Assembly: GCF_963676625.2 (NCBI RefSeq)
Contig: NZ_CAXXYB010000001.1
Location: 85,070 to 149,069 of the forward strand
Origin: an uncultured Sphaerochaeta sp.
Lineage (GTDB): Bacteria; Spirochaetota; Spirochaetia; Sphaerochaetales; Sphaerochaetaceae
Direction: 5' to 3'
DNA: 64,000 nucleotides
In this document: positions 8,625-19,481 of the stretch, piece by piece
Layout: each line of letters opens with the position of its first letter
How positions within the stretch are numbered: position 1 is the first letter of the stretch
Position numbers and translations under genes: made by a program
Notes under the pieces: generated by a model
The model's input: the letters and a program-made list of their open reading frames with translations, nothing else
The model's database searches: none
Told to the model about the DNA's origin: nothing

Positions 8625-10835
8625 ATGAGTACTACCAAGACTAACGAAATCACGATTGATACGCGCAATTTTATCATAGAGCATTACACACCCTACAGTG
8701 GAGATGAAAATTTTCTCGTAGAACCGACGCAGCGGACAAAGAAACTTTGGAAAGAAGTATCCCAGCTTTTGACTTTGGAACGGGAACGAGGAGGTATGTA
8801 CGGAATTGATGAACATACAATATCTACCATTACCAGTCATGCAAGCGGATACATAGACCAAGAAAACGAGATAATCGTAGGACTGCAGACAGATGAACCT
8901 CTCAAACGCGCCATTATGCCTTTCGGAGGAATTCGTTTGGTACAAACGGAACTGGAAGCGTATGGAAAAGAATTGCCGCAATCAGTAAAGGAAGTCTTTT
9001 CCTATAGGAAGACCCATAACGACGGAGTGTTTGATGTATATACCGAGGAAATGAAAAAAGTCAGGCATTCGGGGATTGTCACAGGACTGCCCGATGCCTA
9101 TGGAAGGGGCAGGATCATCGGCGATTACCGCAGGGTTTCCCTCTATGGAACAGCAGCACTCAAGCAAGCCAAAAAACAAGCCAAGCAACATTGCCTGGGC
9201 GACTTCATGGATAGCGATACCATCAGGGACAGGGAAGAACTCAGTGAGCAGATCAGGGCCCTGGGAGAACTTGAACAGATGGCAGCTTCCTATGGATTTG
9301 ACATCAGCAAACCGGCGACAGACACAAAGGAAGCCATACAATGGCTTTATTTTGGATACCTTGCGGCTATCAAGGAACAAAACGGGGCCGCAATGAGTCT
9401 GGGAAGAGTTTCCACCTTTCTGGATATCTATGCCCAGCAGGATCTTATAAGCGGGAAATATACCGAATCCGAAATTCAGGAAATGGTTGATCATTTCATC
9501 ATGAAACTGAGACTGGTCCGTTTTTTGCGAACCCCAGCCTATGATGAACTTTTCAGCGGCGACCCTACCTGGGTAACAGAATCGATCGGGGGGATGTGTC
9601 TTGATGGCAGGCACATGGTCACCAAGATGAGTTACCGATTTCTCCATAGTCTTACCAATCTGGGACCGGCACCTGAACCGAACCTTACGATTCTTTGGAG
9701 TGAGAGACTACCAAACGCCTTCAAGCAATATTGCACGAAGATTTCCATCGATACATCATCAATCCAGTATGAAAATGATGACTTGATGAGCGTATCCTAT
9801 GGGGATGACTATGGAATAGCTTGTTGTGTATCCGCCATGCGTATTGGCAAGCAGATGCAATTCTTCGGTGCACGGGTAAACCTTGCAAAGGCCTTGCTGT
9901 ATGCCATCAACGGAGGCAGGGACGAAAAAAGCGGGGAACAAGTAGGCCCCGTTCTAGCCCCGATAACCTCAGAATACCTGGATTTTGAAACTGTCTCACA
10001 AAACTATGGGATAATCACCGAATGGCTGGCCAAGCTCTATCTCGATACTCTCAATGTCATCCATTACATGCATGACAAGTATTGCTATGAACGCCTGGAG
10101 ATGGCCCTGCATGACGAACAGATAGTAAGGACCATGGCAGGAGGTATTGCCGGCTTGAGTGTCGTTGCCGATAGCTTTTCGGCAATCAAATATGCCAAGG
10201 TAAAACCAATCTACGATGAGCGCAATCTTGCCGTCGATTTCACCATCGAGGGAGATTTCCCTAAATATGGGAATAACGATTCTCGTGTCGATGAAATAGC
10301 CGTTGACCTTGTAAAGGATTTCATGACGAAAATGAGAACGCATCATCCGTATCGAAACAGCATTCCTACCCTTTCGGTGCTTACGATAACGTCCAATGTG
10401 GTCTATGGCAAGAAAACAGGAGCAACCCCTGACGGAAGGAAGAAAGGAGATCCCTTTGCCCCAGGGGCTAATCCTATGCATGGAAGGGATTCCAATGGAT
10501 GTGTGGCAAGCATGAAAAGCGTAGCAAAGATTCCCTATGCCTTTGCCCAGGATGGTATTTCCTATACATTCAGCATCATTCCGGGAACCTTGGGAAAAAC
10601 AGCATTGCAACAAAAAGAAAACCTTTCCTCTCTTTTGGACGGATATTTCCATGAGAAGGGACATCATATCAATGTCAATGTCTTTGACAAGAGTACCTTG
10701 CTTGATGCAATGGAACATCCTGAGCTTTATCCGCAGTTGACAATCAGGGTCAGCGGCTATGCAGTGAATTTCATCAAGCTTACTCGTGAACAACAGTTGG
10801 ATGTCATACACAGGACATTCCACGATCATTTATAA
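8625..10835 (+). CDS. pflB: Pyruvate formate-lyase
   Basis: [23 protein letters not shown] active-site cysteines, TIRVSGYAV glycyl radical motif. Confidence 0.98.
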   Translation: MSTTKTNEITIDTRNFIIEHYTPYSGDENFLVEPTQRTKKLWKEVSQLLTLERERGGMYGIDEHTISTITSHASGYIDQENEIIVGLQTDEPLKRAIMPFGGIRLVQTELEAYGKELPQSVKEVFSYRKTHNDGVFDVYTEEMKKVRHSGIVTGLPDAYGRGRIIGDYRRVSLYGTAALKQAKKQAKQHCLGDFMDSDTIRDREELSEQIRALGELEQMAASYGFDISKPATDTKEAIQWLYFGYLAAIKEQNGAAMSLGRVSTFLDIYAQQDLISGKYTESEIQEMVDHFIMKLRLVRFLRTPAYDELFSGDPTWVTESIGGMCLDGRHMVTKMSYRFLHSLTNLGPAPEPNLTILWSERLPNAFKQYCTKISIDTSSIQYENDDLMSVSYGDDYGIACCVSAMRIGKQMQFFGARVNLAKALLYAINGGRDEKSGEQVGPVLAPITSEYLDFETVSQNYGIITEWLAKLYLDTLNVIHYMHDKYCYERLEMALHDEQIVRTMAGGIAGLSVVADSFSAIKYAKVKPIYDERNLAVDFTIEGDFPKYGNNDSRVDEIAVDLVKDFMTKMRTHHPYRNSIPTLSVLTITSNVVYGKKTGATPDGRKKGDPFAPGANPMHGRDSNGCVASMKSVAKIPYAFAQDGISYTFSIIPGTLGKTALQQKENLSSLLDGYFHEKGHHINVNVFDKSTLLDAMEHPELYPQLTIRVSGYAVNFIKLTREQQLDVIHRTFHDHL

Positions 10836-10847
10836 AGGAGTTATTAT

Positions 10848-11615
10848 ATGGGCATACAAGGCACTATCCATTCCATCGAGACTTTCGGAACCTTGGACGG
10901 ACCAGGAATCCGGTATGTTCTGTTTCTCCAAGGTTGCTCACTCCGTTGCCGTTTTTGCCATAATCCGGATACATGGGCACAGGGTGGCAAACCCCTTACA
11001 GACTCCGATTCGGTGGTAAAAGATATTCTTTCCTACCGGTCCTTCATTCGACAGGGAGGAGTGACCCTCAGCGGAGGGGAACCTCTGATGCAACCCGAGT
11101 TTGCCTTGGATATCATCAAGCAATGCAAAAAAGAAGGATTGCATACAGCTCTCGATACTGCAGGGGCTATTCCCTTGGAACGGTCAAGAGCTGTCTTGGA
11201 AGCAGCTGATCTTGTTTTGCTGGATATCAAGAGTCTGGATGATAGGCAATGCTTCAGCCTTACAGGCCAGGGCAACGCCAATACGCTCGTCACCCTTGAT
11301 TATTGCCAGAGTATCGCAAAACCTGTCTGGCTTCGTCATGTACTGGTTCCCAGCTGGACCCTGGACAGAAAAAGATTGGAAAAATTGGCAACGTTTCTCA
11401 AGAAGTATACATGTATCGAAAAAGTTGAACTGCTCCCCTATCATAGTATGGGACAGTATAAATGGGAACAATTGAATCTTGCCTACAGTCTCAAGGATAT
11501 TCCGGAGCCAACAGAAAAGGAACTGGCAATGGCAAGAAAGATCTTTGAAGATCAAGGCCTGGAAGTTCTTATGACCGATTTGGGCAAACCAAAATCAAAG
11601 TCAAAAGTAAGTTGA
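10848..11615 (+). CDS. pflA: Pyruvate formate-lyase activating enzyme
   Basis: GTLDGPGIR, CSLRCRFCHNPDTW radical SAM motif, SGGEP. Confidence 0.97.
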   Translation: MGIQGTIHSIETFGTLDGPGIRYVLFLQGCSLRCRFCHNPDTWAQGGKPLTDSDSVVKDILSYRSFIRQGGVTLSGGEPLMQPEFALDIIKQCKKEGLHTALDTAGAIPLERSRAVLEAADLVLLDIKSLDDRQCFSLTGQGNANTLVTLDYCQSIAKPVWLRHVLVPSWTLDRKRLEKLATFLKKYTCIEKVELLPYHSMGQYKWEQLNLAYSLKDIPEPTEKELAMARKIFEDQGLEVLMTDLGKPKSKSKVS

Positions 11616-11618
11616 AGC

Positions 11619-11650
11619 AAGAGGCGCAGTCAAAACTGTGCCTCTTTTAT
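11619..11650 (+). terminator. Rho-independent terminator of pflBA
   Basis: AAGAGGCGCAGT-CAAA-ACTGTGCCTCTT followed by Ts. Confidence 0.8.
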
Positions 11651-11667
11651 ATGCAGGCAGGTACCTA

Positions 11668-12216
11668 TCAATTCACTTTTTCATTGAGGAGTGCATAATG
11701 CACATGATCTTCCCATTTTCCCTGTATCTTGAGATAGGCCTTGCTTAGTCCCTCTTGCGTGAATCCTAGTTTTTCTACAACTTTTTTCGACCGTATATTC
11801 CTGGGCAGGATACTGGCCTCAATCCGATGCAATTGCATCTCATCAAAAGCAATTTCAATTACTTTCTGCAAAGCTTCTGTCATTTTCCCTTGGTTGATTT
11901 CCTCTTCATCCAGCTTGTATCCCAAAAAACACGACTGAAATACCCCACGGACAATATTGGATAGAGTTGCACATCCAATTATTTTTTCCTCGCCTTTATT
12001 GAAAATATATAAGGACAAGCCAGTTTCCGTAGCAAAACTTTTCTCCTCGTCTTCAATGAGCATCCGAGCAGCTTCCTCAGTATAGAAAGCATCATTTCTC
12101 AACGGTTCCCATTCTTGCAGGAAAGTTCTGGTTCGCAATCGGTAATCCAATAAAAGAGATGAGTCAGCAACACTGAGTCTTCGTAAATCCAATCGGTTTG
12201 TCTTATAAATATGCAT
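11668..12216 (-). CDS. RimJ-like GNAT N-acetyltransferase
   Basis: LSNIVRGVFQSCFLGY, LHRIEA..PRN..S..VVEKLGF..EG, YLKIQGKWEDH. Confidence 0.9.
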   Translation of the reverse strand: MHIYKTNRLDLRRLSVADSSLLLDYRLRTRTFLQEWEPLRNDAFYTEEAARMLIEDEEKSFATETGLSLYIFNKGEEKIIGCATLSNIVRGVFQSCFLGYKLDEEEINQGKMTEALQKVIEIAFDEMQLHRIEASILPRNIRSKKVVEKLGFTQEGLSKAYLKIQGKWEDHVHYALLNEKVN

Positions 12217-12420
12217 TATTTTCTCCATGTGATACAAGAAATTACTCTATTGGTAGGATAAGAACTGTTCAAGCATCTTTTCGTAAAGAAAAAGGAATTG
12301 AACAAGCATCTAAAGTCATTGGGGGTATTCTTATAGCATGCTGCAAGAAAAAATGCAAGAGAATGGAAAAATTGTCTGGAGGGGTAAAATTTTCAGAAGA
12401 TATATCAACTATGATCAGAT

Positions 12421-12461
12421 AAAAAAAAGGAAGCGAACATTGAATCCTTCGCTTCCTTTTT
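12421..12461 (-). terminator. Terminator downstream of the glutathione peroxidase gene
   Basis: AAAAAGGAAGCGAA...TTCGCTTCCTTTTT. Confidence 0.75.
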
Positions 12462-12475
12462 CCTTCTGCCAAGTC

Positions 12476-12979
12476 TTAGTTCTTGGCCAAGAATTGTTCA
12501 ATATCCGTTTTTAATTCACTTGGTTCAATATTGGGGGCAAAGCGTTTCACCGTTATCCCATCCGACCCGACTAAGAATTTCGTAAAATTCCATTTGATTG
12601 TTCCGCCAAGAACCCCGGGAGCCTGCTTTTTGAGCCAGACAAACAGAGGATCTGCATTTTTGCCATTCACTTCGATTTTCTTCATTATAGGAAAAGTCAC
12701 CCCATGGTTGATCTGGCAAAATTGTGCAATTTCCGAATCGGTGCCAGGCTCTTGATGAGCAAACTGATCACAAGGAAAAGCTATCACGGTAAATCCCTTG
12801 GATGCATACTCTTTGTAGAGAGCTTCCAACCCGGTATATTGCGGGGTAAAACCACATTTACTGGCGGTATTTACGATAAGAACCGTTTTCCCTTGCAAAG
12901 AAGCAAAGGAAAAATCTTTCCCATCATTGGACAAGACCGAGTATTCGAAGAGATTCTCGTGTAATACTGTATTCATCAT
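12476..12979 (-). CDS. gpx: Glutathione peroxidase-family protein (Cys type)
   Basis: VNTASKCGFTPQY, FPCDQF, IKWNFTKFLV. Confidence 0.95.
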   Translation of the reverse strand: MMNTVLHENLFEYSVLSNDGKDFSFASLQGKTVLIVNTASKCGFTPQYTGLEALYKEYASKGFTVIAFPCDQFAHQEPGTDSEIAQFCQINHGVTFPIMKKIEVNGKNADPLFVWLKKQAPGVLGGTIKWNFTKFLVGSDGITVKRFAPNIEPSELKTDIEQFLAKN

Positions 12980-12999
12980 CTTCCATCCTTTGTATTGTT

Positions 13000-13014
13000 T
13001 ACAATATAATTGCA
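13000..13014. promoter_or_regulatory. OhrR-like operator
   Basis: TACAATATAATTGCA differs at two positions from the TACAATT-N-AATTGTA consensus and lies about 20 bp upstream of gpx. Confidence 0.55.
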
Positions 13015-13174
13015 CTTAACTTATTTGTCAATGGATTGCGGCTTTTCTTGCCAGAGTAAATAATAATGAAAAAGTCTTGCCATTATGTTTTTTCAGGATA
13101 GACTGTAGGCGTAGACCTAGCTTCATGTATCTATCCGTTTTGGAAAACACTCTAAAAGAGGAGATACCATCTAG

Positions 13175-14419
13175 ATGGCCATTGGATATGCTTGTCAGAC
13201 CTTGGCGGTCCTTGATACAGATTTAAAACACTGCTTGGCAAGACATGCAGATGAACTAACCTTGGCTAAAATCTGTTCGTACAACCTCAATCATCTGGAC
13301 AATGTTCTGGATTATGCCATTGAAAATGAAATCAAGTTATTCAGGATCAGTTCAGATATCATCCCGTTTGGTTCCAGCAGTATCAACGCCTTGCTCTGGT
13401 GGAAGCAATTTGAGACTACCTTACAGGAACTTGGAAGCAAGATACAAAAGGCTGGCATGAGAGTGTCGATGCATCCAGGGCAATATACCATTCTCAATTC
13501 ACCTCATAAGGAGGTTGTGAAAAACAGTCTTGCAGATCTGAACTACCATAACAGGTTTCTTGATTCACTTTCACTCGGAGCAGAACACAAACTCATTTTG
13601 CATATCGGAGGAGTATACGGCGATAAAAAAGCTGCAATGCAACGTTTCATAGAGCAATATCATAATCTCGATCAGAAAATACGTTCTCGCCTTGTACTTG
13701 AAAATGATGACAAGAGCTATACCATTGAAGATGTCCTATATATTTTTGAAAAAACTGGGGCTCCCGTGGTATTTGACAACTTGCACCATGCCATCAATCC
13801 ATCCGTAACCATAAAAAGCGAGTCGAATTGGATTGCAACTTGTGCCAAGACCTGGAAGGAATCAGATGGAAGGCAAAAAATCCACTATTCCCAGCAAGCC
13901 CCGGGGAAAAAAACAGGAGCGCATTCTTCCACCATAAGGATTGATACCTTTCTCGAATTTTACACGCATCTAGAAAACAAGGACATCGATATAATGCTGG
14001 AGGTAAAGGATAAGAATCTTTCTGCACTAAAATGCATCAATTGCCTTTCACCTTTTCCCTTACTCCTACAAGAGTGGCAGCGATATCATCATCTGGTCTT
14101 GGAACATGGTCAGGATGCAGTTTCCCGTATACATACTATTCTGGATTCCCCTGAGGATGCAAAGCCTCTGGACTTCTATCGTGAACTGGAAAAAATCCTT
14201 GCAGGAGAGCTAGTTAAAAGCCAGGTATTGGCAACAACGACAAACGTATTCCAAGTAGTCGAGAAATATATCACTCCAAAGGAGAAACAACGTTTTCTGA
14301 TTGCCCAACAACGATTCAATGAAAATTTGATCACTTTAGCGTCCCTCAAAAAAACCTTGCAGACTCTCTGTGAAAAATATCAGGCCAAAGAAATGCTTAC
14401 CACCTATTATTTTCTATAA
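13175..14419 (+). CDS. uvsE: UV DNA damage endonuclease with a C-terminal extension
   Basis: LFRISSDIIP, RVSMHPGQY, ILHIGG, LENDD, VVFDNLHH, KIHYS, GAHS, IMLEVKDK. Confidence 0.93.
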   Translation: MAIGYACQTLAVLDTDLKHCLARHADELTLAKICSYNLNHLDNVLDYAIENEIKLFRISSDIIPFGSSSINALLWWKQFETTLQELGSKIQKAGMRVSMHPGQYTILNSPHKEVVKNSLADLNYHNRFLDSLSLGAEHKLILHIGGVYGDKKAAMQRFIEQYHNLDQKIRSRLVLENDDKSYTIEDVLYIFEKTGAPVVFDNLHHAINPSVTIKSESNWIATCAKTWKESDGRQKIHYSQQAPGKKTGAHSSTIRIDTFLEFYTHLENKDIDIMLEVKDKNLSALKCINCLSPFPLLLQEWQRYHHLVLEHGQDAVSRIHTILDSPEDAKPLDFYRELEKILAGELVKSQVLATTTNVFQVVEKYITPKEKQRFLIAQQRFNENLITLASLKKTLQTLCEKYQAKEMLTTYYFL

Positions 14420-14438
14420 ACAAAGGAGATTTGACAAC

Positions 14439-15245
14439 ATGAAAGACAAGCAAAAGACATTGTTCAGGCAAGTGGCCGTACTTCTCTCATTTGTATGTAT
14501 GATCATTGTAAATGCCTTGGCAAACATCCTTCCCTTCAATGGCATGTCAACGGGAGCAATTTCCGATTCCTATCCAAACCTTTTCGCTCCAGTTGGATTT
14601 ACCTTTGCCATATGGGGTGTCATCTATAGTTTGCTTATGCTATATACACTCTATCAGCTAGGCATTTTTCAAAAGGAAAGCAAAAACGACCAGGAACAAC
14701 TGCTTGTTCAAATTGCTCCGCTCTTTATCATCTCTTCTTTGGTCAATGCCCTTTGGCTGGTTTCCTGGCATTACACAAAACTTGTTCTTTCCATGGTATT
14801 GATGCTTGTTTTACTCCTTTGCCTGATTTCCATCGTCCAAGCAATCAAGAAACATTCGCTTAAAAAATCTGGATATCTTTGCATACAGTTGCCTTTCAGC
14901 ATTTATTTCGGTTGGATTACTGTGGCGACCATAGCCAATGCTGCAACCTTGCTGGTAAGCCTTGGGTGGAATCGGTTTGGACTTTCCGAATCTTTCTGGA
15001 CTGTTCTCATACTTATCGTAGGTATGGCAATAGGAGTGGCAACGGCAATAAGAAATCAGGATATACCGTATATCCTCGTCCTGGTCTGGGCTTATTTTGG
15101 CATTTTGTATAAGCATTTGGCTGCAAACGAATTCCATAAGGCCTATCCTGATATTATTGTCACCCTATGTATTTGCCTGGCAATCTTCCTTATTTGCATC
15201 GGATATCTTATATCGCAAAAAAAGGCAAGAAAAACAATCAGCTAA
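14439..15245 (+). CDS. TspO/MBR-like tryptophan-rich membrane protein
   Basis: VNALAN..N..TGAISDSYPNLFAP.GFTFAIWGVIY and PFSIYFGWITVATIAN. Confidence 0.75.
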   Translation: MKDKQKTLFRQVAVLLSFVCMIIVNALANILPFNGMSTGAISDSYPNLFAPVGFTFAIWGVIYSLLMLYTLYQLGIFQKESKNDQEQLLVQIAPLFIISSLVNALWLVSWHYTKLVLSMVLMLVLLLCLISIVQAIKKHSLKKSGYLCIQLPFSIYFGWITVATIANAATLLVSLGWNRFGLSESFWTVLILIVGMAIGVATAIRNQDIPYILVLVWAYFGILYKHLAANEFHKAYPDIIVTLCICLAIFLICIGYLISQKKARKTIS

Positions 15246-15278
15246 TTTTGAAGACATAAAAAGGAAACAGGAATTCCC

Positions 15279-16373
15279 ATGCACACAAGACGAAACGCAA
15301 CAGGTTGGGAGGAGTTTTTGCTTAGGACCATTTTATGGCTCTATATTTCGTTGTGCCTGATTATTGCAGGATTGAACTGGGGATATGCACCACAAGCTTC
15401 TGCCCAAATGGCAGCATTGGTTACAAAAATCTGGCAAATCTATGAGAATTGGATAAAGGCCCTTTTCATCTTTATCTGTGGTTTTTTGACGCTCAGGATC
15501 AAGAAAAAAGGACAACGTATTGCAATGCGACGACAGAATATCATTGGATTGTCTATTGCCGCACTTGCAATACATATTGTTCTTCCCCTGATTTCCAAGA
15601 ATCCCGACCTCTACTTCTATGCCATGCCTTTACCTTGGAGCACAATGCCCCTTCAAGCAGGAATAGCAGATTCACCATTTGGAATGACACAGTTACTTAC
15701 ACTCCAGGCTTCAGGACTCCGATTTGCTCTCATTTTCTACTGGATCTATAGTTTTTTTATCTTTCTTGGAACCCTGCTCTTCGGAAGAAGATTGCAATGT
15801 TCCATGCTTTGTCTTTTCAATGGTTTTGCAGCCGAAGTGTTTGAACCTGCGATTCCCCTCGTCAAACGAAAGGCGATACCGAAAAAAATCATTCCCAAGT
15901 TCACGTTCATAAGATGGCTTTTCTTCATCATCTCTTTGGCCTTTACTTTTTATTGGGTCTTGGTACAGCTAGGATTACCGTTCAAGGGGGTTATGGAGCT
16001 CATGGAAAAGGCAGAATCCATAAAATACCTGACAACAGAGCTATTGATGGCAATGTTCTTCTGGATAGTCTTCATTGGAAGAGGCTATTGCCTCTATTGC
16101 CCACTCGGTACAACACTTGCCTTGGTATCAAGACTTGCAGGACAAAGCATCAAAACAGACAATGCGGTCTGCATACAATGTGGACAGTGTTCAAAGGCTT
16201 GCCCTGTAGCCATTGATGTCAAGACCTATGCAAAAGAAAAATCCCCGGTGATCGATCTTTCCTGCATAGGTTGTGGACATTGCATAGATAGTTGCCCGAC
16301 CCAAACGCTCTCCTATTCAACCCATTTTATTTCCTCTTGGAAAAAATATATAGAACATAATCAGGATACATAA
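15279..16373 (+). CDS. Membrane protein with 4Fe-4S binding domains (NapH/MauN-like)
   Basis: GRRLQCSMLC, GRGYCLYCPLG, CIQCGQCSKACP and CIGCGHCIDSCP. The start may be TTG at 15318. Confidence 0.85.
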   Translation: MHTRRNATGWEEFLLRTILWLYISLCLIIAGLNWGYAPQASAQMAALVTKIWQIYENWIKALFIFICGFLTLRIKKKGQRIAMRRQNIIGLSIAALAIHIVLPLISKNPDLYFYAMPLPWSTMPLQAGIADSPFGMTQLLTLQASGLRFALIFYWIYSFFIFLGTLLFGRRLQCSMLCLFNGFAAEVFEPAIPLVKRKAIPKKIIPKFTFIRWLFFIISLAFTFYWVLVQLGLPFKGVMELMEKAESIKYLTTELLMAMFFWIVFIGRGYCLYCPLGTTLALVSRLAGQSIKTDNAVCIQCGQCSKACPVAIDVKTYAKEKSPVIDLSCIGCGHCIDSCPTQTLSYSTHFISSWKKYIEHNQDT

Positions 16374-16439
16374 AACATCAATTGACAGGTAACCTTTGGT
16401 CCTGCCAGATTGATATCTCTATTGTGGAGGCGTGTTCCC

Positions 16440-18718
16440 TTGAAAAAATCTAGCAATACCATCAAATCAATACATCTGAAATCGTTATATCTATTCATTG
16501 GATTGGTATTGCTTGTATTCGTAGTAATGGGCTATCTCATTATCAGCAATTTACAAGTCTTCTATTTTCAAGAAAAAAACAAAGACGTGACGGCTCTTAC
16601 AAAAGCTTTTGCCCATGACATTACCACGTCCTTGGAGGCATCGGCCATTATCAATCGGCAAATGGAAAGTAAGCTCATCACTTCATGCAAAATTGTTGCA
16701 GGCTATCCAGGAGAACTTACCAGTGAGATCCTTGCCCAATTTGCAAAGGACCTGGATGTTGATGAAATTTGCCATTACAACAAAAATCTTCAAGTAATTG
16801 GATCGAATTCCGGCAATTACCTTGGTTGGACACCTCCGGGAAACCATCCCTTACGTACTATCAATGAGTGCAAGGATATGCCAATGGTCGAGGATATCCG
16901 CCGTGCAACCCTCATAGGGAAAAATTATAAATATGGATATGCCAAAACTCCGGATGGAACCCTGGTCCAGATTGGAATTCTTGCAAAAAACATTCATCTC
17001 ATATCATCAAGAATCGAGCCTCAGTTCATCATTGATCAGGTTGCATCGCAAATACCAACTGCAATGGTTCTTTTTATCACTACTGACGGAACAGTATATT
17101 CACCAACAGGTTCAAAAAATTCAGCAATTTCAATAAATACCGAAGAAATCCGGGAAATTCTCAACAACGAAACGATGAGCACAGATTCATTATCCATACA
17201 AAAAAAATCATCATTGGTGTTCCTTAATTACGCATCGGTGTTTGTAGAGGGAGAGAAAAAAGGAGCTATCGTCATTGAATTCGATATGCTCCCCTCGCTG
17301 CTTCTTGTCTCACATATTTCTAAGTTTATCATTATTTCCCTGTTTGCCTTCTTTAGCATTTTTTGTTTCTTTGCCATTAATATTTACAAGAAAAACAAAA
17401 GAATTTTCAATATTGCCTATTATGACACGCTCACGGGTCTTCCCAATATCCAATTCTTTTTTGCGTCCCATAAAAAGGAGAAAGAAAACAGAAATTCTGA
17501 CTCTTTTGCCCTTTTGCTGATTTCAACGATTAATATCAAATTAGTAAATATCATATATACGGTTATACGTATGGCAGTACCATACTCAAACAAATTGCCA
17601 CCTCCCTAAAGACTCTATGCCAGGACAATCCTCTTGACCTCCAGCTCTATCGATTCTCAGATGATCGTTTTGCCATCAGCATACGGAAATACAAGAGTAG
17701 ACGGGAACTTGAAATCTTCTGCAAGCAAATAATATCCATGCAAAAGGCCTACAGCAAAACAGAAACAATCAGCTTTGGCATAGGTGTCGTAGAAGTTTCA
17801 CCAAAAACGCAAGGCCTTGGCAGGGCACTCAAGGAAGTAACGATTGCCATAGAGCATGCAACGATCCTTCATCCAATCCAATTCTTCAATGAATCAATGG
17901 AGACTACGTTGATAAGGGAAGAAATCATCGTACAGGAACTCAAAAAAGTATTGGGGGGAGCGTTGGATTTGTTTCACCTGGAATACCAACCCATTATCGA
18001 CAGTTCCAATGGGAAAATCGCAGGATTCGAGGCTCTGTCAAGGTTAACGAGTTCAAAATTAGGAATTCTTACACCTATGGAATTCATAGGAATAGCTGAA
18101 AAGAATCAGTTGATCATAGAACTGGGACAGATAATTTTTGAACAGGCCTTTTTGTTTCTCAAGAAATTACAGGGAGAATATGGAACTTCCCTATATATAG
18201 CTGTCAATGTATCGGCCTTGCAACTTCTGGAAGAATCCTTCGTTTCCCAGTTGGTTACCATGGCTGACAGAATAGGAATAAACCTTGAGCAACTCAGACT
18301 CGAAATAACGGAATCTCTTTTTATCGATAATATTCCCTTCACTGTGGGACAATTAAAGAAAATTCATCAGCTGGGAATAAAAGTTTTCCTTGATGACTTC
18401 GGTACCGGATATTCTTCGATATCCCGCCTTGAGGAGTTGAATATCGATTCCATAAAATTTGACAAGTATTTTGTCGACCGTCTGATAATCCCAAACGAAA
18501 AGGGTGTAGCAAACGATATAATCTCAATGGTTCATCATCTGGGAAAAACCATAGTGGCAGAAGGAGTTGAGAAGGAAAGCCAAAAGTTGCAACTGATGGC
18601 AATGGGGTGTGACTTCATGCAAGGATATCTTTTTGGCAAAGCACTTCCTCCAGAATATATACTGGACCTTCTCAAAAATGAGCATCTTGCAAAGGGAAAT
18701 ACCCTATTCAGATGCTAG
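16440..18718 (+). pseudogene. Membrane sensor / degenerate GGDEF / EAL protein split by a frameshift near 17555
   Basis: The 5' part has TM segments and AYYDTLTGLPN. Removing one AT from ATATATA (17553-17559) restores NIIYGYTYGSTILKQIA...RFSDDRF in frame with the EAL domain (YQPII, FEALSR, LEITES, LDDFGTGYSS, VAEGVE, MQGYLF). Confidence 0.8.
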
Positions 18719-19351
18719 GTAAGAAATGAGACCTCCTCCCCTTTTATTAGTTTCATACCATTGGCTTATGTCAATTTCCCAGGTCTTGTTGGCATCGTAG
18801 ATAGTTGCAAACCAACGTAAAGAGGCTTCCTCTTTACGTAAACCGACAATCGTCACCCAATGCCATTCGTCAAGATTTTTCAAGGTACCTCTCGAAAGAT
18901 TGAGAAACGCCACTGGAGAATCCTGTGCAAGGGCATCTTCAATGAAACCAACAACCTGCTCCAGGGTAGGTCGAAGTTCCTTTTTCTTGGGAATCTCCAA
19001 CGCTTTGTAGGACAGGGAGCTTCCGATACTCTCCAGATAGTGTGAAAAGCCAAGATAAAATTGGCTCAGCAAATGGACACCGCCTGCGGCAGGGGTAATG
19101 AATTGCCATATCTGTTCCATCAAGCCAATGAAAGAGGTTTTGTCCGTAACCGGCACCCTTTCCTTGATGATTCCCTTACGTTGAAAATAGAGGACAAGAT
19201 TTGAAGCTGTACTCGGGCCACAACCAGATAAACGCTGCCAGTATGAAGGATACCAGAGTTGGTTACATCCATAGAGAACACCTTCTATCTGATCCTGTAT
19301 CTGAAGAAATTCTGGATTTCTCAGGTAGCTACCTTGTGAATCCATATGCAT
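18704..19351 (-). CDS. Papain-fold (C39-like) peptidase-domain hypothetical protein
   Basis: Q..WY...WQRLSGCGPSTASN, EWHWVTIVG and YDA suggest a Cys/His/Asp triad. Confidence 0.6.
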   Translation of the reverse strand: MHMDSQGSYLRNPEFLQIQDQIEGVLYGCNQLWYPSYWQRLSGCGPSTASNLVLYFQRKGIIKERVPVTDKTSFIGLMEQIWQFITPAAGGVHLLSQFYLGFSHYLESIGSSLSYKALEIPKKKELRPTLEQVVGFIEDALAQDSPVAFLNLSRGTLKNLDEWHWVTIVGLRKEEASLRWFATIYDANKTWEIDISQWYETNKRGGGLISYLASE

Positions 19352-19481
19352 GCCTTGTTCCTTATATTTGTATTCCCCAAAAAATTTTTTAGGCAAAAAC
19401 TGGGAAAGAAAGGTTACTGCCCCTCTTTTGCAAGCAGGAGCAGTCATTACCCATATGCTTCAAGCAATCCGAAGGTACTAC

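Noticed and set aside
8982-10829. Long antisense ORFs within pflB, and similar ones within feoB, DUF917 and the MFS gene
   Set aside because: These are antisense shadows of well-supported genes with no domain signal.
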